From the NCBI GenBank assembly GCA_024239035.1, contig JANBVK010000001.1, positions 572,202-621,264 of the forward strand: a stretch of DNA of 49,063 nucleotides, read 5' to 3'. The stretch comes from Patescibacteria group bacterium (lineage in GTDB: Bacteria > Patescibacteriota > Minisyncoccia > UBA6257 > GWB1-50-10). Under the pieces are notes generated by a model. The model made no database searches. It was not told where the DNA came from and saw only the letters and a list, made by a program, of their open reading frames with translations. Below are positions 7,782-16,979 of the stretch, piece by piece. Numbering within the stretch: the stretch's first letter is position 1; every line of letters starts with the position of its first letter. A program made the translations under genes and the position numbers.

Positions 7782-8588
7782 ATGGGAACTACCACCAAAG
7801 TGTTTGAGCTTATTCCTCTTAACTGGGAAGCATTAGCAGCTATAGCTACATTTTTTGCTGTTATTTTTGCTTTTTATCAACATCGTTCGTATTTAAAACA
7901 AGAAGAAAAGAAGATAAAACGAGATGTAGCTAAAGAAATTGTTATACCAATAAGAAAGAGACTATCGGAATTTCTTAATTATTCTCTATCCGATAATCGG
8001 TATTACAGAAGTTTTTGGCAAGATTTAGAAAAGTTGAAAAGGGAGTTTCCCTTCCAATATCAATCCCTAGAACCAGACATTAGGCAGTTGACAGAAGACT
8101 TTAATATTCGGTTTAGACGTTTTGGTCATCTAAGTATGCAATTACAGCCCCAATTTTTAAAAATTATTAGTGAGTGTCTTAAAAATTTTTTAGATCAAAA
8201 CAAAATATCGTATCAATTAAATAGTGAAATAGATCCTCCTTCTATGGATGATTATGCTAACGCGCATTGGCGTTGTTCTGTCGGGGGGAAAGAACGTTCG
8301 GTTACTTTATACGCTTTGGTAATGAGAAACATAAGTTTTCAAAAGTATCTTAATGAGAGACAAAAAGACGTTGATTTACCGGATACAACAATTGGGAGTA
8401 TTGTATTTAACATTCCTGAAATGAGAAGTGTCGATTTAGATAAAATGCAATCAAATAAACTATTATCTGAAATCGGTTTACAAATAACTAAAGAAAAAGA
8501 TTTACGAGATTATAGAAAAGATTGGAAAAATCTACACGAGGCGGGGCAATACTTGTTAATAAAATTTAATTCTTGGCTATCTTTTTAA
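7782..8588 (+). CDS. hypothetical protein with single N-terminal TM helix
   Basis: 268-aa ORF with a hydrophobic segment (ALAAIATFFAVIFAFY) followed by a charged soluble domain. No family recognised. Confidence 0.5.
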   Translation: MGTTTKVFELIPLNWEALAAIATFFAVIFAFYQHRSYLKQEEKKIKRDVAKEIVIPIRKRLSEFLNYSLSDNRYYRSFWQDLEKLKREFPFQYQSLEPDIRQLTEDFNIRFRRFGHLSMQLQPQFLKIISECLKNFLDQNKISYQLNSEIDPPSMDDYANAHWRCSVGGKERSVTLYALVMRNISFQKYLNERQKDVDLPDTTIGSIVFNIPEMRSVDLDKMQSNKLLSEIGLQITKEKDLRDYRKDWKNLHEAGQYLLIKFNSWLSF

Positions 8589-8637
8589 TGCGAAGATCTT
8601 AACTAAAAAGTTAAAGAAATGATTGGGAAATGAATTT

Positions 8638-8820
8638 ATGAACAATAAACTTATAAAGAGGAAGATAATTAATAATACAGAGTATCTATTTAGACAGAAA
8701 TACGGGGTTTTTAGTATTTATAAAACAGATAAGAACGTTACACAAATGCATAAAATGCAAGAAGTTTTTAAATCACGCAACGAAAGTGAGGCAAGAGAAT
8801 ACTGGAAAAACATTAAATAA
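8638..8820 (+). CDS. hypothetical small protein
   Basis: 60-aa ORF from ATG 8638 (the track uses TTG 8623). No motif recognised. Confidence 0.3.
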   Translation: MNNKLIKRKIINNTEYLFRQKYGVFSIYKTDKNVTQMHKMQEVFKSRNESEAREYWKNIK

Positions 8821-8955
8821 GATAATTTTTGTACAACATATTAAATATTTACCAACAAAAAATTAGGGGGGTTGATTTTTGCGTGGATGTGCTAGGCTAA
8901 TAATAGTACCGAGAGGAAATGTAGTTCACCCTACAACACGCGATGGAGGTGCGTG

Positions 8956-9165
8956 ATGAGTATGCCGAAGGATGGCAAATTTCGGAAACCTTCGTTCAGC
9001 AACATCGATCCTGTTCCGTACTGCGTCACGGTGGCGCGGACGGGAGACGGTCACGTTCTCGTGAAGCATTCGCAAGCCCCGGAGTCGGCGGAGCCGCAGG
9101 AGTACACCGAAGCGGAGTGGAAGGCGTTCACGGATGGAGTCAAGGCAGGCGAGTTCGACATCTGA
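8956..9165 (+). CDS. DUF397-family protein (GC-rich islet 2)
   Basis: GGAGG (8945-8949) lies 6 nt upstream of ATG 8956. FRKPSFS..CVTVA..VLVKHS...EAEWKAFTDGVKAGEFD matches the DUF397 pattern. Hand count is 37/60 G+C at 9001-9060 versus 17/60 at 8701-8760. Confidence 0.7.
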   Translation: MSMPKDGKFRKPSFSNIDPVPYCVTVARTGDGHVLVKHSQAPESAEPQEYTEAEWKAFTDGVKAGEFDI

Positions 9166-9192
9166 GCTCATCCCGTCGCAGTAGCAGTTCCA

Positions 9193-9225
9193 AGAGGGCG
9201 ACCCAGAGTCGCCCTCTATCTTTTT
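9193..9225 (+). terminator. intrinsic terminator of the DUF397 gene
   Basis: AGAGGGCGAC (9193-9202) pairs perfectly with GTCGCCCTCT (9208-9217), followed by ATCTTTTT. Confidence 0.8.
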
Positions 9226-9322
9226 GTAAAATTTCGAAAGATTTTGGGGTAGAATAGATTTATGGAATCGTCCAGCAAAAAATGGTTCGACTTTACTCAC
9301 CACAGGTTAGTATAATAAACAC

Positions 9323-9691
9323 ATGACTCAATTTTTGATTTTTATTCTCGGTTTGATTGTAGGAGGAGTAGCAGTGTGGCTTATAGTCCAGATGAGCGGG
9401 CCGCCGGTTCAAGCAGAAGAAAAGACAGAAGAAAAGAAAACTGAAAAAGAAAAGAAGGTTAAATTAATAGACAGGCAGAGAGAGGAGAAGCAGGAGAATA
9501 AAGAAAAGATTTTAAAATTTCTGCAGACGGAGGATAAGATTACGAACGACGACGTGGAGGATATGCTCGGCGTCTCTGACGCGACCGCCACCCGCTATCT
9601 GGACGAACTTGAGAAGGAGGGCGTTATTGAACAGGTGGGACGCTCCGGACAAAGCGTATATTATGAACGGCTCAACGACAATCCTCGTTGA
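9323..9691 (+). CDS. membrane-anchored winged-helix DNA-binding protein
   Basis: N-terminal TM helix, Lys/Glu-rich linker, and a C-terminal wHTH (ILKFLQTEDKITNDDVEDMLGVSDATATRYLDELEKEGVIEQ). Confidence 0.55.
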   Translation: MTQFLIFILGLIVGGVAVWLIVQMSGPPVQAEEKTEEKKTEKEKKVKLIDRQREEKQENKEKILKFLQTEDKITNDDVEDMLGVSDATATRYLDELEKEGVIEQVGRSGQSVYYERLNDNPR

Positions 9692-9697
9692 GCCGTT
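9666..9697. repeat. AACGGCTCAACG hairpin repeat, copy 2
   Basis: Arms at 9666-9677 and 9686-9697 with loop ACAATCCT. It encodes the last residues (ERLNDNPR) and the TGA stop of the upstream CDS. Confidence 0.9.
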
Positions 9698-9758
9698 GGA
9701 GAATTGACCGGATCCGTGTGAAAATTCTCGTCGGCGTGCTAGACTAATCAGTACAATA

Positions 9759-10721
9759 ATGACTGACTCTAAAAAAACAGGGCCGAAAGAAGTTTTCGGC
9801 CATCTTTTGGCAATCATCGGGCTTTACGTTTCGGTGATCTCATTTGGTGCGCTTCTTTTCGGACTCGTTAATATTTATTTTCCCGATGTTTTGAATTTTA
9901 GGTATGGGCGGTTTGCGGAGCGGTCGCTCAAATGGCCCCTTGCCGTGCTTGTGGTGGTTTTCCCACTTTATCTTTGGCTTACCGCTTATCTCCAAAAGGA
10001 CCTTGAGAAAAATCCGGAGAAAAAAGAACTTAAGATAAGAAAGTGGCTTCTGTATCTTACACTATTTATAACCTCAATTGTCATTGTTGTAGATTTGATT
10101 ACGCTTGTTTTCCGTTTCTTGGGCGGTGACCTTACGATTCAATTCATACTCAAGGTCTTAGCGGTTTTTGCGATTGCGCTTGCCGTGTTCGTTTATTACC
10201 TTTGGAACATCCGGAAAGATATTCCCGCGTCAAAACATTCAAAGATGAAATGGTTCGTGCGGGGAGTTATTGTGCTCGGCGCCATATTTATTGTTTTCGG
10301 CTTTTTCAAAGCAGGATCTCCTTTTGCCGAACGGGTGAGACGGTTTGATGAAAGGCGTGTGCAGAATCTTCAATCTATCCAAAGGGAACTTATAAATTAT
10401 TGGCAGGCGAAAGAGTCACTGCCGCAGAACTTAAGCGGGCTTCGGGATGACATTCGCGGGTTTGTTCCGCCGAGGGACCCCGAAACGGGGGAGGCGTACA
10501 GTTATAGCGTGCTCGGTGACAAACAGTTTGAACTTTGCGCAACTTTTAAAACGTCAAACGAAGGCTTAGAGACGATAGAGGGAAAGCCCCTGCCAGCTCC
10601 GCGAGGCGTGAGATCCCCCGTACCCGTACTTATTAGCGAAAGCTGGCTGCATAGCGTGGGGGAGGAATGTTTTAGACGAACAATAGATCCGGATTTATAC
10701 CCTACTATTAAAGAAAGATAA
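9759..10721 (+). CDS. multi-pass membrane protein (DUF5671-like N-terminal half)
   Basis: Six or so TM helices followed by a soluble C-terminal domain. The family guess is from memory. Confidence 0.45.
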   Translation: MTDSKKTGPKEVFGHLLAIIGLYVSVISFGALLFGLVNIYFPDVLNFRYGRFAERSLKWPLAVLVVVFPLYLWLTAYLQKDLEKNPEKKELKIRKWLLYLTLFITSIVIVVDLITLVFRFLGGDLTIQFILKVLAVFAIALAVFVYYLWNIRKDIPASKHSKMKWFVRGVIVLGAIFIVFGFFKAGSPFAERVRRFDERRVQNLQSIQRELINYWQAKESLPQNLSGLRDDIRGFVPPRDPETGEAYSYSVLGDKQFELCATFKTSNEGLETIEGKPLPAPRGVRSPVPVLISESWLHSVGEECFRRTIDPDLYPTIKER

Positions 10722-10798
10722 GCGGTTGTTGCGCCCATTTCTTGTTCAGCGTTCGGAGCTAGATCGTAAGTTTTGTTATAGGTGATAAATTAAACACC

Positions 10799-11332
10799 AT
10801 GAAAGAATTTATAATTAACATTATTAAACAAAACGCGATAGATATTATATGGATCGCTATTTTGTTCTTTTTTGGCAGATTGATTTTAAAGTTAATCGTA
10901 AAACGGCTGACGCGGATAGTTGATGACGGGGATGACGTGCATACTTCTCAAAAAGAAAAGCGGGCAGAAACTTTGGGTAATATCATTGTATCAATCGGAA
11001 ATATCGTTATTTACGCCATAATTTTGTTTATGATTTTAAATGTATTCGGTGTGGATATACGGCCGATTTTAGCGGGCGCGGGAATTATTGGATTGGCAAT
11101 CGGTTTTGGTGCCCAATCACTTGTCAAGGATTTTGTTTCCGGACTGTTTATTTTAATTGAAAATCAATACGGCATAGGCGATAAAGTAAAAATAGGCAGT
11201 TCTGAAGGGAATGTTATCAGAATCACAATGCGCTCCACTGTATTAAAAGATGAAGAAAGAAAAATATATTATATATCTAATGGGTCAATTAAAGATGTAA
11301 TTAATATGTCCCAGCAAAAAAAATCCTCGTAA
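10799..11332 (+). CDS. MscS-family mechanosensitive channel, short form
   Basis: Pore-helix signature LAGAGIIGLAIGFGAQSLVKDFVSGLFILIENQYGIGDKV. Confidence 0.7.
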   Translation: MKEFIINIIKQNAIDIIWIAILFFFGRLILKLIVKRLTRIVDDGDDVHTSQKEKRAETLGNIIVSIGNIVIYAIILFMILNVFGVDIRPILAGAGIIGLAIGFGAQSLVKDFVSGLFILIENQYGIGDKVKIGSSEGNVIRITMRSTVLKDEERKIYYISNGSIKDVINMSQQKKSS

Positions 11333-11421
11333 GATATTTACATCATTTTGACGAGGGGTGAAGTCTCTTACAAGTAAGTGTTTACAAACACGACAACGTC
11401 GCGTACGGTAATACTATTATT

Positions 11422-14178
11422 ATGATACAGAAACGTCTTGCTTTATATATTATCTACGGCCTGATAGCGCTCGTTGTTTTTGTCGTACTACCCCTCTTTT
11501 TTCGACTGTTAACTGACTGGTACTGGTTTGGAGAAATCGGCTTTAGTAATATTTTTACCACCATACTTTTCTCCAAGATTCTTTTGGGGTTAGCGGTGGG
11601 CGTTCTGACCTTTCTCGTTATCTACGGCAATCTAAGGCTCGCCGGGCGACTTGTTGTCTCAAGGCCGCTGGTTGTTCGTCTGCGTGAAGGTGCGCAAGGG
11701 GGAGCCATTCAGGTCAAAGAACTTGATGCAGCGAGACACGTTGATAGATTCATCTTGCCGGTCTCGTTGATACTCGGATTTTTTACGGGTCTCATCGGAG
11801 CAAGCAGTTGGGAGACGGTGCTGAGATATTTTAACGCAGTGCCTTTTAACACCTTTGATCCGATTTTTGGCCGTGATATTGGCTTTTACTTTTTTGATTT
11901 GCCGTTTATTCAGCTTTTGGTCGGGCTTGGGTTTTGGCTTATTACTATTTCTCTCATAGGAGTCGCTGCAAGCTACGCCTTGCGGGGCGCTATTACTTTA
12001 AGACAGCCGGTACCGGGCATGAGAGCACTGAAGTCTTTGTTTATGGAAAAGCCGGCCAAAGCCCATCTGTCAATCCTCATCGCTCTTTTGTTTGTTTTAA
12101 CTAGTTTCAAGATTTATGCCATAAGAATTCCCTCTCTGCTCTACAGTTCTACGGGGTCGTTTATCGGCGCCAACTTTACTGACATTAATGCTGTTCTGCC
12201 GTTCCTCAAACTATTTATTTTTGTTGCTATTGTCGCAGCCGTGCTGATAGTGATAAATATTTTCAAAACAAGTAACCGCTTAATTGTTTTAGCCGTCGGC
12301 ATCTATGTCGCAACTTCTATTTTGGGCGGCGGGGTATACCCTTTCTTCCTGCAAAAACTCGTGGTTTCGCCAAATGAGCTGGTTAAAGAAACTCCTTACA
12401 TAGAGCATAATATTGCAGCTACGCAAAAAGCATATGCCTTAGACATGGTGATGGAGCGTGATTTAACGGGTGAGGCCGCGCTAACTATGTCTGATATTAA
12501 CAGCAACCGCTCCACCATTAAAAATGTACGGCTCTGGGACCGTAAACCCCTGCTTGACACATTTGGCCAGCTTCAGGAAATCCGCACTTATTATGATTTT
12601 GTTTCCATTGACAACGACCGTTATAACTTAAACGGCGATTACCGCCAGGTTCTGCTTTCTCCAAGAGAGCTTAACTCCACGAGTCTTCCTCAGCGCACCT
12701 TTATTAACGAGAGGCTAACCTTTACTCACGGCTTCGGGCTTACTCTTAGTCCTGTTAATGAAGTAACGCCGGAGGGCCTGCCGGTACTGTTTTTAAAAGA
12801 TCTGCCGCCATCGTCTAGTATAGAATCGCTTGCGGTTAGTAGGCCCGAAATATACTACGGAGAGTTGGCCAGCGACTGGGTTGTGGTTAACACCAAAGCC
12901 AAAGAGTTCAATTACCCATCCGGCGAAGAAAATGTCTTTGCAAATTATGAAGGACAGGGGGGCGTGAAAATTAAATCAATTTTCCGCAAAGCGCTGTTTT
13001 CTTTGAAATTTGGGTCACTAAAAATTCTTTTGTCCGACGACATAACGAAAGAGTCAAGAATAATGTATCACCGCAATATTGAGGAGAGAGTCGGGCGGGT
13101 ACTGCCTTTTTTGAGTCTGGATGATGACCCTTACATGGTTGTCACGAAAGATGGCGAGCTGAAATGGATTTATGATGCTTACACGACCTCAGACCGATAT
13201 CCATACGCTGAGCGGATGAGAGACGTGTTTAGTTCTCTGCCGGGGAAGGAACTAAATTATATAAGAAATTCGGTTAAAGTGGTGATTGACGCCTACGACG
13301 GCAGGATGACATTTTATATTGCAGATGAAGACGACCCAATCATTAAAACCTACGCCAAGATTTTCGAAGGTTCGTTCCTGCCGCTTGAACAAATGGATGA
13401 AGATTTAAAGGCTCATATTAGATACCCGGAAAATTTATTTATTTACCAGACAGCGCTTTACACGGTCTACCACATGGACGAGGCGCAGATTTTCTATAAC
13501 AGGGAGGACGAGTGGCAGATACCATTCATTGCCAGCGGTGCGCAGGCCGATCCAATGATACGGCATATGATTATGAAGCTGCCGGGCGAAACCCAGGAAG
13601 AGTTTATTCTGATGGTTCCGTTTACACCTCGCGGCAAAGACAACCTCTCGGCCTGGATGGTGGCGCGCAATGACGGAGAATTTTATGGCCAGCTGGTGGT
13701 TTACCGTTTCCCCAAACAAAAACTGGTCTTCGGGCCCAAGCAGATTACCAACCGCATCAACCAGGACACGGATATTTCTCGACAGATCTCTCTCTGGGAT
13801 CAAAGAGGTTCTGAGGTAATCAGAGGAAATCTTTTGGTAATTCCGATTGAAGAGTCTCTCATTTATGTTCAGCCTATTTACCTGCGGGCTGAAGGCGGCA
13901 GGATTCCGGAACTTAAAAGAGTGATTGTAGCTCATGAAAACCGCATTGCCATGGAAGAAACCTTGGACTTGGCTTTAGGGAGAGTATTTGGCGGACAAGT
14001 TGCAGCGGGGAGAGAGGCGACTGCGGTAACTCCGGACAAACCGGCGATCAGTCAAGATTTAATCCAACAAGCCAAGGATCATTTTGACCGGGCTATGTCT
14101 GCTCAGCGCCGCGGCGACTGGGCTTTATATGGTGAGGAAATTAGAAAACTGGGCGAGGTATTTAATAGTGCGAGGTAG
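11422..14178 (+). CDS. UPF0182-family large membrane protein
   Basis: 918 aa. It has the N-terminal LLTDWYWFGEIGF motif, a multi-TM region and a large soluble domain, as in the UPF0182/COG1615 family. Confidence 0.75.
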   Translation: MIQKRLALYIIYGLIALVVFVVLPLFFRLLTDWYWFGEIGFSNIFTTILFSKILLGLAVGVLTFLVIYGNLRLAGRLVVSRPLVVRLREGAQGGAIQVKELDAARHVDRFILPVSLILGFFTGLIGASSWETVLRYFNAVPFNTFDPIFGRDIGFYFFDLPFIQLLVGLGFWLITISLIGVAASYALRGAITLRQPVPGMRALKSLFMEKPAKAHLSILIALLFVLTSFKIYAIRIPSLLYSSTGSFIGANFTDINAVLPFLKLFIFVAIVAAVLIVINIFKTSNRLIVLAVGIYVATSILGGGVYPFFLQKLVVSPNELVKETPYIEHNIAATQKAYALDMVMERDLTGEAALTMSDINSNRSTIKNVRLWDRKPLLDTFGQLQEIRTYYDFVSIDNDRYNLNGDYRQVLLSPRELNSTSLPQRTFINERLTFTHGFGLTLSPVNEVTPEGLPVLFLKDLPPSSSIESLAVSRPEIYYGELASDWVVVNTKAKEFNYPSGEENVFANYEGQGGVKIKSIFRKALFSLKFGSLKILLSDDITKESRIMYHRNIEERVGRVLPFLSLDDDPYMVVTKDGELKWIYDAYTTSDRYPYAERMRDVFSSLPGKELNYIRNSVKVVIDAYDGRMTFYIADEDDPIIKTYAKIFEGSFLPLEQMDEDLKAHIRYPENLFIYQTALYTVYHMDEAQIFYNREDEWQIPFIASGAQADPMIRHMIMKLPGETQEEFILMVPFTPRGKDNLSAWMVARNDGEFYGQLVVYRFPKQKLVFGPKQITNRINQDTDISRQISLWDQRGSEVIRGNLLVIPIEESLIYVQPIYLRAEGGRIPELKRVIVAHENRIAMEETLDLALGRVFGGQVAAGREATAVTPDKPAISQDLIQQAKDHFDRAMSAQRRGDWALYGEEIRKLGEVFNSAR

Positions 14179-14185
14179 TAGCACA

Positions 14186-14217
14186 AACGGCTCAACGACA
14201 TTCCTCGTTGAGCCGTT
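14186..14217. repeat. AACGGCTCAACG hairpin repeat, copy 3
   Basis: Arms at 14186-14197 and 14206-14217 with loop ACATTCCT, which differs by 1 nt from the copy 2 loop. Confidence 0.9.
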
Positions 14218-14228
14218 AGAGAAAATTC

Positions 14229-15545
14229 ATGACCCAACAGGAAGCGTTCGATATTTTAAAGCTTGGATACAACGTGTATCTTACGGGCCCCGCCGGAAGC
14301 GGAAAAACTTTTTTATTGAACAAGTACATTGAGTATCTGAAAAAGAAAGGGGTTAAGGTTGGCATTACGGCCTCAACGGGCATTGCGGCAACGCACTTAG
14401 ACGGAAGAACCATACATTCCTGGTCAGGTATAGGTATTAAAGACGAACTTACGGATAAAGATTTGCGCAGTATCTCAAACCGAAGATATTTGCGGGCAAA
14501 ACTCAGATTGGTAAACGTGCTCATTATAGATGAGATTTCAATGCTTCATTCATTTCGTTTGGATATGGTTGATAAGGTATGTAAAGCAGTGAAGCAGAGT
14601 AATGAGCCATTTGGGGGGATGCAGGTGGTATTGTGCGGCGACTTTTTTCAATTACCCCCCGTATGCAGGAACGGCGAGGACCCGAGCTTTGTAAATACAT
14701 CAGAGGCGTGGAGGGATATGAATATACAAGTTTGTTATTTAGACGAACAGCATAGGCATAAAGACGGGGATTATATGCAGGTTTTAAATGAGATAAGAGA
14801 CAACAACATTAGTGAGACGGGGCTGCGGTTGTTAATAAACTGCCAGAACAGAGAAATTGAATATGACATTACTGCCACAAAACTTTATACGCACAATGCA
14901 GACGTTGATGCGATTAATGATTCCAAACTTGAAGAAATAGATGAAAAAGAGATGGTTTATCAAATGACATCCACCGGTAGTAAGAAATTGGTTGAAAAAT
15001 TAAAAGACGGTTGTCTTGCGCCGGAGGAATTATTCTTAAAGAAAGGAGCGGTAGTGATGTTTGTAAAGAATAAATTTAGCAGAGGGTTTGTAAATGGAAC
15101 GCTCGGGGAAGTGGTTAGTTTTGACAGTGAGGATAATCCGATTGTCCAAACCGTCAAGGGCCAGCAGATTACCGCAAATCCTGAAAGCTGGGAAATAGAA
15201 GAAAATGGAACCGTAAAAGCAAAGATTGACCAGATACCCCTTCGCCTTGCCTGGGCAATCACGGTTCATAAGAGCCAGGGGATGAGTTTGGACGCGGCAG
15301 AAATAGATTTAAGCAGGGCGTTTGAATATGGAATGGGATATGTGGCGTTATCACGCGTGAGATCCCTTAAAGGTTTGAAGCTTGTAGGGATTAATGCATT
15401 GGCGCTTCGGGTGAGCGACGGGGCAGTAGCCCTGGATAGCGAGCTTAAACAGACGTCCCAAAGGGTCCTGCAAAACCTCCAAAAACTTGATTGTTTGGAA
15501 AAAGAGGAGAAACAAAGGGACTTTTTGGAGGCAATTGCTCTATAG
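14229..15545 (+). CDS. PIF1/RecD-like SF1 DNA helicase
   Basis: Walker A LTGPAGSGKTF, Walker B IIDEISM, and the C-terminal ITVHKSQGMSLD motif. Confidence 0.8.
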   Translation: MTQQEAFDILKLGYNVYLTGPAGSGKTFLLNKYIEYLKKKGVKVGITASTGIAATHLDGRTIHSWSGIGIKDELTDKDLRSISNRRYLRAKLRLVNVLIIDEISMLHSFRLDMVDKVCKAVKQSNEPFGGMQVVLCGDFFQLPPVCRNGEDPSFVNTSEAWRDMNIQVCYLDEQHRHKDGDYMQVLNEIRDNNISETGLRLLINCQNREIEYDITATKLYTHNADVDAINDSKLEEIDEKEMVYQMTSTGSKKLVEKLKDGCLAPEELFLKKGAVVMFVKNKFSRGFVNGTLGEVVSFDSEDNPIVQTVKGQQITANPESWEIEENGTVKAKIDQIPLRLAWAITVHKSQGMSLDAAEIDLSRAFEYGMGYVALSRVRSLKGLKLVGINALALRVSDGAVALDSELKQTSQRVLQNLQKLDCLEKEEKQRDFLEAIAL

Positions 15546-15555
15546 TCCAGAAGGG

Positions 15556-15584
15556 TTGACATTTATAATATGAATCCCTACTCT
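15556..15584 (+). promoter_or_regulatory. putative promoter of the cold-shock gene
   Basis: GGG-TTGACA (15556-15561), 17-nt spacer, TACTCT (15579-15584). It leaves a ~70-nt 5' UTR, as is usual for csp genes. Confidence 0.4.
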
Positions 15585-15657
15585 TAGGGGGTATTTCAAG
15601 AAGTAGAGAGGTGGTCGAGTTCTACAATACAATTAAAACAAAACATTCAAAGACAAA

Positions 15658-15855
15658 ATGGAAGGTGTTATAAAGAGACTTACTGACAGAGGCTTTGGTT
15701 TTATCGGAAGAGAAGGAGAAGAGAAAGATTTGTTTTTCCACTCTAACAGCTTGGTTGGAACTGATTTCAACAGCTTAAGGGAGGGAGACAAAGTGAAGTT
15801 TGAGGTTGAGCAGTCTGATAAAGGCCCGAATGCTGTTAAAGTAGAAAAGATATAG
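15658..15855 (+). CDS. csp: cold-shock protein (CSD)
   Basis: RGFGFI (RNP1) and DLFFH (RNP2) motifs in a 65-aa protein. Confidence 0.9.
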   Translation: MEGVIKRLTDRGFGFIGREGEEKDLFFHSNSLVGTDFNSLREGDKVKFEVEQSDKGPNAVKVEKI

Positions 15856-15881
15856 GTTTTTTCTAAAGTCAGAAACTAAAA

Positions 15882-15917
15882 CAGTCCCGATCGCGCAGAT
15901 CGGGGCTGTTTTATTTT
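15882..15917 (+). terminator. intrinsic terminator after csp
   Basis: CAGTCCCGATC pairs with GATCGGGGCTG (one G-U pair), followed by TTTTATTTT. Confidence 0.8.
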
Positions 15918-15995
15918 AGACTTGACATAGTTGTGAAATAATGGTTGACTTATAACAGTATTTTGCTTTTTTTCGCCCTAGCAGTGGAGGCACGA

Positions 15996-16442
15996 ATGGG
16001 TTCTCAACACGCCTTTCATGAATCTCACGTAGCAGAGCCCAAGGTCTTTGTCGCGGGCAGGGAGATAATGGTTCGGTGGTTCGGAGTGCCAGAAGAGGAT
16101 GAGTCGTTGGCGCCGAGGGGCCAGTTCTTTTTTCCTCTTACAAGAAGGTTAGAAGATATTCCTTGGATAGGTGATCCGAGAGAACTTCAAGTTGTTTTTC
16201 TGGACCAGGCCAAGAACTTTCCGGACCGGGGAGTTGTGGCCCAGATCGCCGAAGACCAAGCTGATGGAGCAGAAGCTTTGGTAGTAATACTCTGCAGCGA
16301 TCGTTCCAGAGGGCAGTATCCCAGAGGAGAAGATTTGGGGACGTTTACGTTCGTGAGCGGTATCATGCTGCTCGGCGATTCGAACATCGGATACACCATG
16401 CCGCAGCGTTACCAGAACCTTGGCGCTCTCAGCATGGAGTGA
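15996..16442 (+). CDS. hypothetical protein (GC-rich islet 3)
   Basis: GGAGG (15986-15990) lies 5 nt upstream of ATG 15996. It has its own terminator downstream. Hand count is 37/60 G+C at 16201-16260. No family recognised. Confidence 0.45.
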   Translation: MGSQHAFHESHVAEPKVFVAGREIMVRWFGVPEEDESLAPRGQFFFPLTRRLEDIPWIGDPRELQVVFLDQAKNFPDRGVVAQIAEDQADGAEALVVILCSDRSRGQYPRGEDLGTFTFVSGIMLLGDSNIGYTMPQRYQNLGALSME

Positions 16443-16476
16443 GTAGCGCGAGTAGTCCTCAAGCCGCAGAACAGCA

Positions 16477-16514
16477 GCCGGTTCACGTCATGTGCGTGGA
16501 CCGGCTTTTATTTT
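16477..16514 (+). terminator. intrinsic terminator of islet 3
   Basis: GCCGGTTCACG (16477-16487) pairs with CGTGGACCGGC (16495-16505), followed by TTTTATTTT. Confidence 0.7.
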
Positions 16515-16571
16515 AATTTTTTAAATTGTTAAGGGAATTACTTTTTGATACGATAAGACTAACTCCGCAAC

Positions 16572-16973
16572 ATGAATGATAAAGAGAAAAGTATAAAAAC
16601 CGAAGAAGAGTGGAAAAAAGAACTCACGCCGGAGGGGTATCACGTGATGAGGGAAGCAGGAACCGAGCCGGCTTTTACGGGTGAGTACCATAATACAAAA
16701 GAAAAGGGGACATATCGTTGTAGGGCATGCGGGAATGAGCTTTTCTCATCAGAGACGAAGTTCGATTCAGGAACAGGGTGGCCGAGTTTTACCGAACCTG
16801 TGAATCGGGAGCAGATTGAGCTCAAGGAAGATAAGAGTCAAGGCAAGACCCGGGTGGAGGTACTCTGCAGACGGTGCGGGGCGCACTTGGGGCATGTGTT
16901 TGATGACGGCCCTAAACCCACCGGTAAGCGATTTTGCATTAACTCGGTATCATTAAAACTTGATAAAGAATAA
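16572..16973 (+). CDS. msrB: peptide-methionine (R)-S-oxide reductase
   Basis: Two CxxC pairs ([25 protein letters not shown]) and the catalytic RFCINS motif. Confidence 0.9.
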   Translation: MNDKEKSIKTEEEWKKELTPEGYHVMREAGTEPAFTGEYHNTKEKGTYRCRACGNELFSSETKFDSGTGWPSFTEPVNREQIELKEDKSQGKTRVEVLCRRCGAHLGHVFDDGPKPTGKRFCINSVSLKLDKE

Positions 16974-16979
16974 TCCTAA

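Noticed and set aside
8926-9303. 125-aa minus-strand and 104-aa plus-strand ORFs overlapping the DUF397 gene
   Set aside because: They have no SD and Arg/Ser-rich translations. The DUF397 frame has a recognisable family pattern, an SD and a terminator.
13435-13935. 166-aa antisense ORF inside the UPF0182 gene
   Set aside because: It is fully embedded antisense to a well-supported 918-aa gene and has no motif.
15945-16442. Possible paralogy between islet 3 and islet 4 (LQVVFLDQ vs FQLIFLDQ in the plus-strand translations)
   Set aside because: The supported genes lie on opposite strands (islet 3 plus, islet 4 minus). The minus-strand frame of islet 3 has no usable start, and the similarity does not extend beyond about 8 residues.
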